From: an uncultured bacterium
GTDB taxonomy: Bacteria; Krumholzibacteriota; Krumholzibacteriia; LZORAL124-64-63
Assembly (NCBI GenBank): GCA_963727525.1
Contig: CAVSGO010000007.1
Coordinates: 1,376,001 to 1,440,000 of the forward strand
Length of the DNA stretch: 64,000 bases
Direction: 5' to 3'
The translations under genes were made by a program, and so were the position numbers. The notes beneath the pieces are model-generated. The model made no database searches. It worked only from the letters and a program-made list of their open reading frames with translations, and was not told where the DNA came from. Each line of letters starts with the position of its first letter. Within the stretch, counting starts at the first letter, position 1. Below are positions 29,552 to 41,584 of the stretch, piece by piece.

Positions 29552-30643
29552 ATGTGTGTCTTGAAGCTGTCCGGATCCCTAGGTACCGCGACGACCGTGG
29601 CGGCTGCCATCGTGGCGACGGCCGCCCTCGCGACGGCGGCCTTACCCGCCGGCACCTCGAGCAAGGAATTCGCGCCCGATCCGCGCGAGGTCCACTTCTC
29701 CACCCTCCATATGCTCACCGATGGCGCCGAGAACGCCGAAGCCTACTTCAGCGGCAACGGTCAGCATCTGCTCTTCCAGAGCAACCGGCCACCGTACGGC
29801 TGCGACCAGATCTATCTCATGCCCACGACGGGCGGCACACCGCAGCTCATCTCCAGCGGCAAGGGCCGCACCACGTGCTCATACTTCATCGGTGACGCCG
29901 ACCGCTACATCATCTACTCCACCACCGCACTTGCCGATGCCGCCTGCCCGCCGCCTGCCGACATGTCCAAGGGTTACGTGTGGGCCGTGTATCCAAGTTA
30001 CGACATCGTGCGCCTCGACCGCGTGAGCGGCGAACTGGTGCGGCTCACCGACCAGCCGGGCTACGACGCGGAATCGACCGTGGGCCCGGACAAGCGCACG
30101 ATCGTCTTCACGTCCGATCGCGACGGCGACCTCGACGTCTACACGATGGACATGGATGGCAAGCATGTGAAGCGCCTGACCACCACGCCCGGCTACGACG
30201 GCGGGCCGTTCTTCTCGCCCGACGGCAAGCTCATCTGCTACCGCGGTTTCCACCCCACGGATCCGCAGCAACTCGCCGACTACCAGAACCTTCTCTCGCG
30301 CGGGCTCGTGCGCCCCACGGTGATGGACATCTGGGTGATGAATGCCGACGGCAGCGATCAACGGCAGGTGACCCACCTGAACTGCGCGTCGTTCGGACCC
30401 TACTTCCATCCCTCGGGCAAGAAGATCATCTTCTCGAGCAATTACCCTGATCCGCACGGGCGCGAGTTCAACCTGTGGATGGTGAACGTCGACGGCACCG
30501 GCCTCGAGCAGATCACCTTCGCCGACGGCTTCGACGGTTTCCCCATGTGGGGCCCCGACGGCAAGACATTCGCCTTCTGCGCCAACCGCCACGACACCAA
30601 GCCCGGCGAGACGAACGTCTTCGTGACGCAGTGGAAGGAGTAG
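29552..30643 (+). CDS. Secreted TolB-like PD40 beta-propeller protein
   Basis: Signal peptide, ENAEAYFS, GYDAE, FTSDRDGDLDVY, GYDGGPFFSPDG repeats. Confidence 0.85.
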   Translation: MCVLKLSGSLGTATTVAAAIVATAALATAALPAGTSSKEFAPDPREVHFSTLHMLTDGAENAEAYFSGNGQHLLFQSNRPPYGCDQIYLMPTTGGTPQLISSGKGRTTCSYFIGDADRYIIYSTTALADAACPPPADMSKGYVWAVYPSYDIVRLDRVSGELVRLTDQPGYDAESTVGPDKRTIVFTSDRDGDLDVYTMDMDGKHVKRLTTTPGYDGGPFFSPDGKLICYRGFHPTDPQQLADYQNLLSRGLVRPTVMDIWVMNADGSDQRQVTHLNCASFGPYFHPSGKKIIFSSNYPDPHGREFNLWMVNVDGTGLEQITFADGFDGFPMWGPDGKTFAFCANRHDTKPGETNVFVTQWKE

Positions 30644-30666
30644 ACCCCTTCCCGGACCGCGAAAAG

Positions 30667-30701
30667 ACGGGGCACGGTGTCCACCACCGTGCCCCGTTTT
30701 T
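30667..30701. terminator. Terminator between convergent genes
   Basis: acggggcacggtg/caccgtgccccgt stem flanked by A- and T-runs. Confidence 0.75.
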
Positions 30702-30743
30702 CGCGGCGCGTCGTTTCAGGAATTTTCAAAGGAATTTCGAACG

Positions 30744-32018
30744 TCAATTCTCGCCGTTCAGCAGTCCACGCAACCGATCCTTGTGAACAAGGATCGTCAA
30801 CATCTTCAGCTTGATGTAGTCGCCCTCATAGAAGTAATACCCCTGGAACCGACCGAGCCGACTCGAGCGATTCGAGTCCTTGATGAGGAACCAGTCGCGC
30901 CCCTTGTAGCGCTTGAAGGCGACGGCGTGGATGCCGTGGTCGTCGGTGGTCTGATGGGTAACGATGCGGAACTCGCGTGCGCCCTGGTCGACCGCGTCGT
31001 GCGGGATGTCGAAGGACGGGATGACCGCCACGTCGTGCTGGCCGTCGAGCCCGGGCTCGCTGACGTCGCCGCCCAGGCACACCGAGTACCCGTTCTGGAG
31101 CGACTCTCGTAGCACCCGGTACCACGTGTCGAGCGGCAGGTTGAGGTAGTCGTCGTTGCGACGCCAGTTATCGGGCACGTCGAGCAGCACCCGCGTGCCG
31201 AAGGGCTCGTCGAGGCGGGAGACGCAGCCGACGTAGTCGTCGAGATCGAGCTGGCACACCTCGTCGCGAAACGTCTCGGGCGTGTACTCGCGGCCCTCAT
31301 AGGTAAACCGCTCCGGCACCGGCCCCATGAACGTGTCGAGAATGGTGCGTACGACGGCGAGGTTCTCCGCCTCGTTCCACGTCCTGCTCGCCTTGACCCA
31401 GTCGAGATAGCCCTCGAGTTCCGCGATGAGGGGCACGTGGTCGTAGCGCCCGTCCGCCCTTAGCACGCCGGCGTAGGCGCTGGCCGGCACGGCGCCGTAA
31501 AGCTTCATGACCTCGATCGTACCGTCGTCCTCGCTGCCCTCGGCGATCGGGCTGTGGCCGTACTCGCGGATGAAGCGGCGGGCCTTCTCCACGTACTCCC
31601 AGTAGACGGTATACATCTCCGAGAGCTTCACGTCGCGCCCGTGCAGGCGGTGGATCTCCGACTCGAAGTACGACGTGGCACAGAACGCCCAGCAGGTTCC
31701 CGTGTAGTATTGCGGCACCGGCGGATTGTGCCAGACGGCGTCGAAGACCTCGGGTCCTTTCGGCACGGCGATGGCGCTCAGATCGACGCGCAGACTGCGC
31801 GCCGAGTCATCGCGGGCCTTGGCCTCGGCCTTGTAGCGGGCGTCGGTGGCGGCGATCAGCGAGTCGCGCACCGCATCGATCCGCTCGCGCTGAGCGTCCA
31901 TCTCCTCGAGCACAGGATAGCGAGTGGCGGGACGATAGACGGGCTTGTCGTCGGCCGTGGCCATTGAAGCCAGCGCCGCGACCAGCAGGGACGCCGCCAC
32001 GAGGGAACGCAGGGTCAT
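30744..32018 (-). CDS. C1 family cysteine peptidase (aminopeptidase C-like), secreted
   Basis: Signal peptide from ATG 32018; QYYTGTCWAF, DDHGIH and IKDS catalytic motifs. Confidence 0.9.
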   Translation of the reverse strand: MTLRSLVAASLLVAALASMATADDKPVYRPATRYPVLEEMDAQRERIDAVRDSLIAATDARYKAEAKARDDSARSLRVDLSAIAVPKGPEVFDAVWHNPPVPQYYTGTCWAFCATSYFESEIHRLHGRDVKLSEMYTVYWEYVEKARRFIREYGHSPIAEGSEDDGTIEVMKLYGAVPASAYAGVLRADGRYDHVPLIAELEGYLDWVKASRTWNEAENLAVVRTILDTFMGPVPERFTYEGREYTPETFRDEVCQLDLDDYVGCVSRLDEPFGTRVLLDVPDNWRRNDDYLNLPLDTWYRVLRESLQNGYSVCLGGDVSEPGLDGQHDVAVIPSFDIPHDAVDQGAREFRIVTHQTTDDHGIHAVAFKRYKGRDWFLIKDSNRSSRLGRFQGYYFYEGDYIKLKMLTILVHKDRLRGLLNGEN

Positions 32019-32038
32019 TGTCGGGATCCTTTCGCGAG

Positions 32039-32965
32039 CTACTCGGTGAACATGAACGTGACGCCGACCTGCGCACCGAGCACGGAGCCGTGCGCCCATT
32101 CGGTGGCGCCCGTGTACACCCAGTGGGCCTGGAGGTCGAGCGCCAGGTTGGCGTTGAGGGGGACGAGGGCGCCGAACTGGCCGACGAAGGCGAACTGATC
32201 GTCGTTGAGTTGCTCGACGTAGTCGCCGACGTCGCCGCGCGCATCGTAGTCGAGGCCATGCGACGCGGCCGCAAGCATCAGTTCCAGGTAGGGCACCGGC
32301 TGGCGATAGGTGGCGCGTCCGGGCATGAAGCCCACGCCCATGGCGAACTGGTGCAGGTGGCCCGTGCCGCTGAAGACCTGGTAGCCGCCGGGATAGTTGG
32401 GCATGTACCCGGACACGTCCATGGACTGGTTGCGCAGCACGGCCGTGAGGTAGACGTAGCGCTGCACCGCGGCGCGCACCTGGAACGCGTACGAGACGCC
32501 GTCCTCGAGGCCGGTGAACCAGTCGCCCATCGGCAGCCCCCACCCCACGCCGGCGCTGACGGCGGCGCGGAACCGCGGCACCTCGGGATCGATCTGCGGC
32601 GGGGGGGCATCGTCCGGCACGCGCCGGCCCCAGCGCGGCGGTTCCTGGGGCTCGAAGAGCACGGCGTCGTCGGGGATGAACTGTTCGGTCACGTCGGTGC
32701 CCGACTCCGTCCAGATCGTCCGCACCTCGGCGTACGCGAAGACGCGCTGACTCGCGTCGCCGCGGACCACGCGCAGGTAGCCCTCGTTTTCGGCGGCCTC
32801 GACGGTGACGTCGTGGTAGAGCCAGCCGTCCCAGGTCTCCACGGTCATGTGATCCCACCGCGTGGGCATGACCACGTCGGCGCGCGCAAGGGATGCGATC
32901 ATCGGCAAACAGCCGAGGCACAAGAGGGCGGCGGATCGTGGGCGGAGCACGAGGGCAGCGAGCAT
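32039..32965 (-). CDS. Putative outer-membrane beta-barrel protein with an N-terminal domain
   Basis: Signal peptide, alternating amphipathic strands, C-terminal GVTFMF. Confidence 0.6.
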   Translation of the reverse strand: MLAALVLRPRSAALLCLGCLPMIASLARADVVMPTRWDHMTVETWDGWLYHDVTVEAAENEGYLRVVRGDASQRVFAYAEVRTIWTESGTDVTEQFIPDDAVLFEPQEPPRWGRRVPDDAPPPQIDPEVPRFRAAVSAGVGWGLPMGDWFTGLEDGVSYAFQVRAAVQRYVYLTAVLRNQSMDVSGYMPNYPGGYQVFSGTGHLHQFAMGVGFMPGRATYRQPVPYLELMLAAASHGLDYDARGDVGDYVEQLNDDQFAFVGQFGALVPLNANLALDLQAHWVYTGATEWAHGSVLGAQVGVTFMFTE

Positions 32966-33138
32966 GCGCGGATATCCTCTTCGTCACGACCGGGGTGGCA
33001 GTCGGCCCAACGATAAGCGCCTGGCCCCGGCCTCTGCAAGGAAGACTCGGCTGGGAAGAACCGGCAAGCGAAACCTGTCGCGCTGCCGCCACCCGTGCTA
33101 TCTTCGCCACCGAAAACCGCGAACAGGAGGACGTCATC

Positions 33139-35186
<2,048 letters not shown>

Positions 35187-35190
<4 letters not shown>

Positions 35191-36128
35191 CGCAACCCCG
35201 CGCCCAGCGCCTCGCTCGCCCCGCCGTGCCCGTCCTCGACGCGCTTCTGGGCCTTTCCCTGCCCGTGCTCGACGATGGTTTCGTGCGCGTGGTCGACTAC
35301 ATGGGCGACGATGCCGCCGTGGTGCAGGCCGCGCGCGTGAGCTACGGCGACGGCACGAAGAAGGTGACCGACGACCGCGGCCTCATCCGCTACCTGTTAC
35401 GCCACCGCCACACCACGCCCTTCGAGATGTGCGAGCTGAAGCTGCACGTGCGCGTGCCCATGGACGCGTGGCGCCAGTGGATCCGCCACCGCACGGCCAG
35501 CGTGAACGAGTACAGCACGCGGTATTCCGTGGCGATCGACGCTGCGCAACGCACCGCAGCCGACGCCTGGCGCACCCAGGCCACCAACAACCGTCAGGGC
35601 AGCGGCGACCACCTCGACGACGCCACCGGCGCAGCGCTCAGCGCGGAGGAAATCTCGCTGCAACAGCGCGCCCGCGCGGTCTATCAGGGCCGTCTCGAGC
35701 GCGGCGTGGCGCGCGAGCAGGCGCGCAAGGACCTGCCGCTGTGCACCTATACCGAAGCCTACTGGAAGGTCGACCTCCACAACCTCCTGCATTTCCTCGC
35801 CCTGCGCATGGATACGCACGCCCAGCTCGAGATCCGCGCCTACGCGGCCGTGATCGGCGAGCAGGTGGTGGCCCGCTGGGTGCCGCTGGTATGGGAGGCC
35901 TTCCGCGACTACCGCGAGGGTGCGCTGGCGTTGTCGCGCCTGGAGCGCGCGGTGCTCGCGGCCACCGGCCGTGGCGATGCGGCGGCGGCTCTGGCCATCG
36001 CCGAGCAGGCGGGCTGGCTTGCCCGCAAGGCCAAGACCGGCGGCCTCGCGCGTAACCGCGAGCGCGCCGAGTGCGAGGCGAAGGCTCGCGAGCTGGGAAT
36101 CGCCCTGCCCTGGGACGCGAACGACTGA
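35187..36128 (+). CDS. thyX: FAD-dependent thymidylate synthase
   Basis: AARVSY, HTTPFE, RHRTASVNEYSTRY, REQAR, HAQLEIR. Confidence 0.96.
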
Positions 36129-36131
36129 CTG

Positions 36132-36740
36132 TCAGTGGATTTCGGGCGCGTCGGTGTGCAGGCCCCCGCCGCCGCTGTCGGTGTTCTGCGCACGCGCGTT
36201 GCGCTCCGAAACCTGTCGGTCGGCCCGTTCCACGAGCGCCTGGCGCACGTCGGGCGCGAGCTGATCCATGGCGGCAACACGCGTCTTGAAGTCGGCGCAA
36301 GGTAAACCCACGAGCACATAGCACGCGCCGTCACGGGCGGTCCAGGCGGCCGATTCCGGAAGATCCGACAGGTCGATCCGACCGACTTCGGCGCTGATGA
36401 CGTCGATATCGATCTTGGCACCGCTGTGCGCCCGGTAGTCGGCCAGCATCGCATGCGTCTCTTCGACCAGGGCGCGGGCGATCGTGTCCCTGGCCCGGGC
36501 CAAGGCCGTCTTGCGTGCGAGGACATCGCTGTTGAGGCCGCGGCAGTCGCCAACGCCCCACACTGTATGCGCGTCGTCGCCGCGCTGCTGCGCGACCCAG
36601 GCGGGCGCCCCCGTGAGATCGCCCTCGACCAGGGCCTGCGTGCGCAGGCTCGAGCGCATACCCGTGGCGTCGCAACCGGCCAGCAGGGCCGGGCAGGCGG
36701 CGAAAACGATGATCGCGACGAACCGACGTGGCCACGGCAT
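36132..36740 (-). CDS. Putative lipoprotein (LPP20-like)
   Basis: Lipobox LAGC; APAWV, WGVG and ARKTALARAR pattern. Confidence 0.6.
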   Translation of the reverse strand: MPWPRRFVAIIVFAACPALLAGCDATGMRSSLRTQALVEGDLTGAPAWVAQQRGDDAHTVWGVGDCRGLNSDVLARKTALARARDTIARALVEETHAMLADYRAHSGAKIDIDVISAEVGRIDLSDLPESAAWTARDGACYVLVGLPCADFKTRVAAMDQLAPDVRQALVERADRQVSERNARAQNTDSGGGGLHTDAPEIH

Positions 36741-36840
36741 ACGGCGCCTCCCGTTCGAGTTGGCTCAACTCCCGCGGCAGGGTACCAGCGGCCCGCGAGG
36801 CCGTCAATCAGCCAGGCACGTCACCACACCAGGGATTCCG

Positions 36841-37812
36841 TCACGGGTCGAGGTCGAGCCGCAGCACCACCGGGGCGTGGTCGCTGAGTTGTGCCTGGTA
36901 CTCACCGCTCGTGAGGGCGAGGTCGAGCCGCGCCGTGTGACACGTCGCGGCCGGCGCGGCAAAGGCGGCGAACAGTTCGTCCGTGATCACGAAGTGGTCG
37001 AGATGGCTGCGACCCGGCCCCCAGGACCATCCGGCCAGCGAGCCGGTGGCCACCGACATGTCGGCGAAGAGGTAGCTGGCCGGATCGTCGAGGAACGCCG
37101 TGAAGACGTTGTTCGCCGGCATATCGGTGAGCAGGTCGTTCATGTCGCCCATCACGATCACGGCGCGACCGACGGCCTCGGACGCGATCCACTCGCTCAG
37201 CAGGTTGCAGGCGTCGCGCCGTCGCGTCTCCTCGTCGCCGCTATCGCCGGCGTCGAGCGTGCCGTCGCCGCAGCATTTGAGATGGTTGTCGATGAGCAGC
37301 ACGGGGTGGCCGTTCCACACGAGGTCCAGGACCAGCGGCGGCCGTGGAAACTCCCGCGACGAGTGGGCGAAGATCTCATAGGCGCCATCCGGACCGAGCG
37401 ACACGTGGTTCGCGTTCCACACGTAGGCGAGTTGCTGACCGTAGCTGTTGCTCGTCGCCAGCGCGCCGTCCCAGCCGGACAGGGCCCCGACGAGATCGGC
37501 GAAGCGAGCCGGCTGCGCGATCTCCTGCAATGCGACGACATCGGCATCGAGCCCGCCGATCGCCTCGGCGGCGAGCGCCACGGTGGTGGCGCCGGCGCTC
37601 ATGGCAAAGTTGTGGAGATTCCAGGTCACGACCTCGAAGGTCGAGTCGGTCCCCACACGGTAAGCGTCGAACGGATTGGACGAGACGGGCGCCAGCGGCG
37701 TCACATCGCTCGACCCGCAGCCGGTCAACCCGGCGATGAAGCCGCCGAGCGCCAGGGCGAGCGCGAACGTGACGAGGCGTCGCGAACTCGGGGATGGAAT
37801 CGACGTCTTCAA
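36841..37812 (-). CDS. EEP family nuclease/phosphatase lipoprotein
   Basis: LTGC lipobox; TWNLH, ALQEI, HLKCC, MGDMND, HLDH, SDHAP. Start uncertain. Confidence 0.85.
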   Translation of the reverse strand: MKTSIPSPSSRRLVTFALALALGGFIAGLTGCGSSDVTPLAPVSSNPFDAYRVGTDSTFEVVTWNLHNFAMSAGATTVALAAEAIGGLDADVVALQEIAQPARFADLVGALSGWDGALATSNSYGQQLAYVWNANHVSLGPDGAYEIFAHSSREFPRPPLVLDLVWNGHPVLLIDNHLKCCGDGTLDAGDSGDEETRRRDACNLLSEWIASEAVGRAVIVMGDMNDLLTDMPANNVFTAFLDDPASYLFADMSVATGSLAGWSWGPGRSHLDHFVITDELFAAFAAPAATCHTARLDLALTSGEYQAQLSDHAPVVLRLDLDP

Positions 37813-37970
37813 GGGGTTTGCGTCCTCCCGGAACCGGTCGCGGGGCGGGCAGGGCGAATCCGCCAAGTGCAGGGCGACCCCAACGTTAAGTGCTGGCCAA
37901 CGCCAGAGCCAGCTCCGGGTTCCCATTCGCCGCCCGGTCCGTTACCTTGGGTGGCCATGGGAGGTGGGGC

Positions 37971-38855
37971 GTGGCCTTAGATCTGGTTCTGCTGGCGGCC
38001 GGCCGAGGCCGGCGTTTCGGCGGTTTTAAACAAACAGCGCCCGTCGGCCCGCGCGGCCAGGCGCTGTGCGAGTACACGATCTTCGACGCGCTGCTTGTGG
38101 GCTTCGACCGCGTGATCCTGGTCACCTCGCCCGAGCTGGCCCCGGAGTTCGCGCCTTGGGCGGCCGCGCGTTTCGGCCGCCACGTGCCCGTGCACCTCGC
38201 AGTCCAGGCGCCCAGCGGCCTGCCTGCCGGACGCGTCCGTCCCTGGGGCACCGGCCATGCCGTGCTGGCGGCGGCGGAGCACGTCGCGGGCCCATTCGCC
38301 GTGGTCAACGCCGACGACCACTACGGCGTGGCCGCCATGGCCTCCCTGGCGCGGTTCCTGCGCCGCACCCCGCCGGACGCGTCACCTGGGTGGGCGATGG
38401 TCGGATTCTCCCTCGTGGAGACCCTGCCCCCGCGTGGTGGTGTGTCGCGCGCCATATGCCGTACCGATGGTCCGTGGCTCACAGCCCTGCGGGAACATGA
38501 GGAAGTGGCTCGCGACGCCAGCGGGGCACTCTCCACGCTGGCGGATGGCCGGTTGACGGCGCTGCCGCCGACGACACTCGTGTCCATGAATGCCTGGGCA
38601 TTCCTGCCCGATGTCTTCGCCCGTTTACATGACGGCTTCACGCGCTTCCGCGCCGACGCCTCACCGGAACACGACGAGTACCACTTGCCAACCGCGGTCT
38701 CCGCCTGCATCGCCGCCGGCCAGACGACGGTGCGCGTACTCCCCGGCGCCGACGAGTGGTTCGGCCTGACGAACCCCGACGACCGGTTCCTGGTGGGACG
38801 TCGCCTGGCGGAACTCACGGCAGCCGGTCGCTACCCTGAGGAACTATGGACGTGA
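37971..38855 (+). CDS. Sugar-phosphate nucleotidyltransferase family protein
   Basis: LAAGRGRRFGGFKQ, PWGTGHA, NADDHYG, VSMN, WFGLT. GTG start after GGAGG. Confidence 0.85.
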   Translation: MALDLVLLAAGRGRRFGGFKQTAPVGPRGQALCEYTIFDALLVGFDRVILVTSPELAPEFAPWAAARFGRHVPVHLAVQAPSGLPAGRVRPWGTGHAVLAAAEHVAGPFAVVNADDHYGVAAMASLARFLRRTPPDASPGWAMVGFSLVETLPPRGGVSRAICRTDGPWLTALREHEEVARDASGALSTLADGRLTALPPTTLVSMNAWAFLPDVFARLHDGFTRFRADASPEHDEYHLPTAVSACIAAGQTTVRVLPGADEWFGLTNPDDRFLVGRRLAELTAAGRYPEELWT

Positions 38856-39135
38856 CGCGACTCGCCGAGTTGACGGCAGCAGGGCGCTAGCCCGAGCGCC
38901 TCTGGGACGAGCCGGGCATTCTGCAACGTGATCAGGCATTATCCCACGTGTCGCGGAACGAATCGGACGAGAAAAAACCCGCAACTGAGTATCTGCCTTC
39001 AAATCCAGCCGCCGCCGCATTCGTGGCGGCGGGATTGCTCTCCTCGGCGCGATGGACCATGGGCAAGGCATTCTCGCCGATCGTGCCGCGATTCTGGCAA
39101 CGTCGGCGCGGTGCAACCGACCGAGGAGGGCCGAG

Positions 39136-40173
39136 ATGTCGAGGAATCGAAAGGCGATGATCGCCACGCTGGGGATGTTCACTCTGATCGCGTTCGTCGG
39201 ATGCAGTCAAGACGACAGCACCCCCACGGCTCCGGCCGGCAACAACGAAACAGTGGTCTTCTCCGACTATGCCGCCGCGCTCGCGGCGGTTGTTCCGCCG
39301 GAGTTCACGGGCAGGGCCAAGGCAGCCGGCAACTACAGCATCTGGATCGACGGCGACTATCCGTTGCTCGGCAAGGCGATCGGCAATGCGCAGTCCGATG
39401 AGCCTATGTCGCTCTATCGCAACCTGAACACGCTCGAGTCGACGGTCGAACTCATCGAGCAGGTGCTCGCCCAGGGCGAAGGTCAGGTGGAGGCGAACGA
39501 CCCCGACGGCAACCCCGTCAATGCCAACCTCGTCGTCGAGGACCTGACCGCGCCCGTCGCGATCCCGGTCGAATGCCAGGGCGCGCTCGGTTTCGACGAG
39601 CTGACGCTGGCGCACGTTTGCCGGCTGAGTGCCGACGGCGACACCATGGCATTGAATTTCGGCTACACCAGGACCGAGGCGCGCGAGACGATCCTCAGCT
39701 GGAACCAGGAAGGCACCGAGGCGACCAGCATCTTCTACGCGACGAAGGACGTGGCTTCAGGCGAGATCGAGATCCGCGGCGCGTTCTACAAGGTCACTAC
39801 CGCCGAGACGGCATCCTGGATCTACGCTATCGGCACCGCCGGCGACGACAACACCCAGTTCGTCTACAACATGGCCTGGTACAGTGATGGCATGGGTGAC
39901 GCCGCGGGCCTGGGCTGTGTGCAGGGCAGCGGCGACCGGAACGAAAGCTTCGGCCTGCGCTACCACCAGTACCGCGCACCGTGGACGCGCGGCGTGTACG
40001 ATGCCTGGGGTCCGTTCGAGCAACTGTTCGGGCCGAGCGGCGACAATCCCTATGCCGATCTGAACGTCGATGGCGAATACCCGACCGACCGTGCCGGCCT
40101 CATCGACGAGGACGCCATGTTCGTCTACGACGACATGCCGCACGCCTTCTTCGCGAGCCCGTTCGGCGAGTAA
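39136..40173 (+). CDS. Hypothetical acidic lipoprotein
   Basis: GAGGAGG RBS, lipobox FVGC, codon usage typical of the region. No family recognised. Confidence 0.75.
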   Translation: MSRNRKAMIATLGMFTLIAFVGCSQDDSTPTAPAGNNETVVFSDYAAALAAVVPPEFTGRAKAAGNYSIWIDGDYPLLGKAIGNAQSDEPMSLYRNLNTLESTVELIEQVLAQGEGQVEANDPDGNPVNANLVVEDLTAPVAIPVECQGALGFDELTLAHVCRLSADGDTMALNFGYTRTEARETILSWNQEGTEATSIFYATKDVASGEIEIRGAFYKVTTAETASWIYAIGTAGDDNTQFVYNMAWYSDGMGDAAGLGCVQGSGDRNESFGLRYHQYRAPWTRGVYDAWGPFEQLFGPSGDNPYADLNVDGEYPTDRAGLIDEDAMFVYDDMPHAFFASPFGE

Positions 40174-40206
40174 CCGCACTCGCATTGCGCCCACCGCGGC
40201 CTCCGT

Positions 40207-41382
40207 TCAGTCGAGCGGAGGCCGCGGCACGCGGATGCGCAGGCACACGAAGAAGCCGGCCATGGCGATGGCGGTGGCCAGCAGGAAGACCCAGCGAAAG
40301 TTGATGCTCTCCCACAGGTAGCCCGAGAGGATGGGCAGGGTCATCGCGACGATATGGTCGATGCCCTGTCCCACGCTCATCGTCGACGTGATGTCGGCGG
40401 GATCGACGGCGATCTTTTGCAGGTACGTGGTGCGCGCCACGCGCAGACCGAAGAGCGTCTGGTCGAGGATATAGGCGCCGTAGAGCAGGCGCAGGTCCCA
40501 TGGTGCCGGCAGCAGATCGCTCGCGAAGGCGTAGCTCAGACAGATGACGATGAGCAGCAGCTCATCGACGGCGAGCACGGCGCGTTCGCCCACCCAATCG
40601 ATCACGTCGCCCAGCAACGGCCGCAGCACCACGCCGAGCGCGGCCCCCATGAAGAACAGCGACGCGATGGTGGCCACGCTCACCCCATGGAGCTGGATGA
40701 GTACCCACGAGCCGAACACATAGAAGATCTGCTTGCGGATGCCGAAGAGCGCACTGATCGCGTAGTACACGCCGTACTCGCGGCGCAGCACGAGGCGGCG
40801 GCTCGGCGCGCGGCCGCGGTCCACCTCCATCCGCGAGAACAGGTAAGCGCCGACGATGGCGCACGCGGCGCCGAGGGTGAAGAACAGGCGGTAGCGGTCG
40901 CCCAGGAACTTCGCCAGCAGGAACACGCCTCCCGCACCGATCAGGATGCCCACGTTGGTCGCCGCACCGAACTGCCCGAGGCGCCGGCCTTCGCCGCCGC
41001 GGGCGGCCAGCTTCAGCCCCACGGCACCGCTGAGCGCGAAGTTCATGTGATCGCCGAGCGACCACACGAAGATCCACCACACCACGAGCGCGTTCACAGG
41101 CGACAGGAAGGCCGTGCCGAGCGCGCCGGCCGCCGTCACCAGGGCGGCCAGCGCCAGCATCCGCGTCTCGCGGAAGCGCACCACCAGCGCGCTGATCACG
41201 AAGATGACGAGGAAGCCCGGCAGTTCGCGCGGAAACTCGAGCCACCCGCGCATTTCGGTATCGAAGCTGTGGACCTCGGCGAGGAAGTTGTTGAGCGACG
41301 CGTTGAAGACGCCGCTGACCGCACCGAAGCACATGCTCGCAAGCAGCATCCGACGCAGATCCTGGCGCAACGGATGGGTCAC
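40207..41382 (-). CDS. MFS transporter
   Basis: About 12 TM helices; RELPG and LGDVIDWVGER loop motif. Confidence 0.88.
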   Translation of the reverse strand: MTHPLRQDLRRMLLASMCFGAVSGVFNASLNNFLAEVHSFDTEMRGWLEFPRELPGFLVIFVISALVVRFRETRMLALAALVTAAGALGTAFLSPVNALVVWWIFVWSLGDHMNFALSGAVGLKLAARGGEGRRLGQFGAATNVGILIGAGGVFLLAKFLGDRYRLFFTLGAACAIVGAYLFSRMEVDRGRAPSRRLVLRREYGVYYAISALFGIRKQIFYVFGSWVLIQLHGVSVATIASLFFMGAALGVVLRPLLGDVIDWVGERAVLAVDELLLIVICLSYAFASDLLPAPWDLRLLYGAYILDQTLFGLRVARTTYLQKIAVDPADITSTMSVGQGIDHIVAMTLPILSGYLWESINFRWVFLLATAIAMAGFFVCLRIRVPRPPLD

Positions 41383-41407
41383 GGAGGTGTCCTTCGGGAG
41401 CGGTGAT

Positions 41408-41572
41408 CTAGAACAGCGTGTAGATGAACGGCGCCGCGGCCTGGCCCGTGAAGATGAGCACGCCCAGCACCAGCAGCACGACAACCATCGGCACGATCCA
41501 CCACGCCTTGTTGCGCGCGGCGAAGCGGCCGAGTTCGGCCAGCAGGTGTCCGAGGTGCTTGAGTCGATGCAC
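41408..41572 (-). CDS. DUF5989 / SxtK-like small membrane protein (54 aa)
   Basis: Below the ORF-track cutoff. Reads (M)HRLKHLGHLLAELGRFAARNKAWWIVPMVVVLLVLGVLIFTGQAAAPFIYTLF*, with the hallmark KxWW..P and APFIYTLF. Confidence 0.88.
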   Translation of the reverse strand: MHRLKHLGHLLAELGRFAARNKAWWIVPMVVVLLVLGVLIFTGQAAAPFIYTLF

Positions 41573-41584
41573 GGGAGCCTCCGC

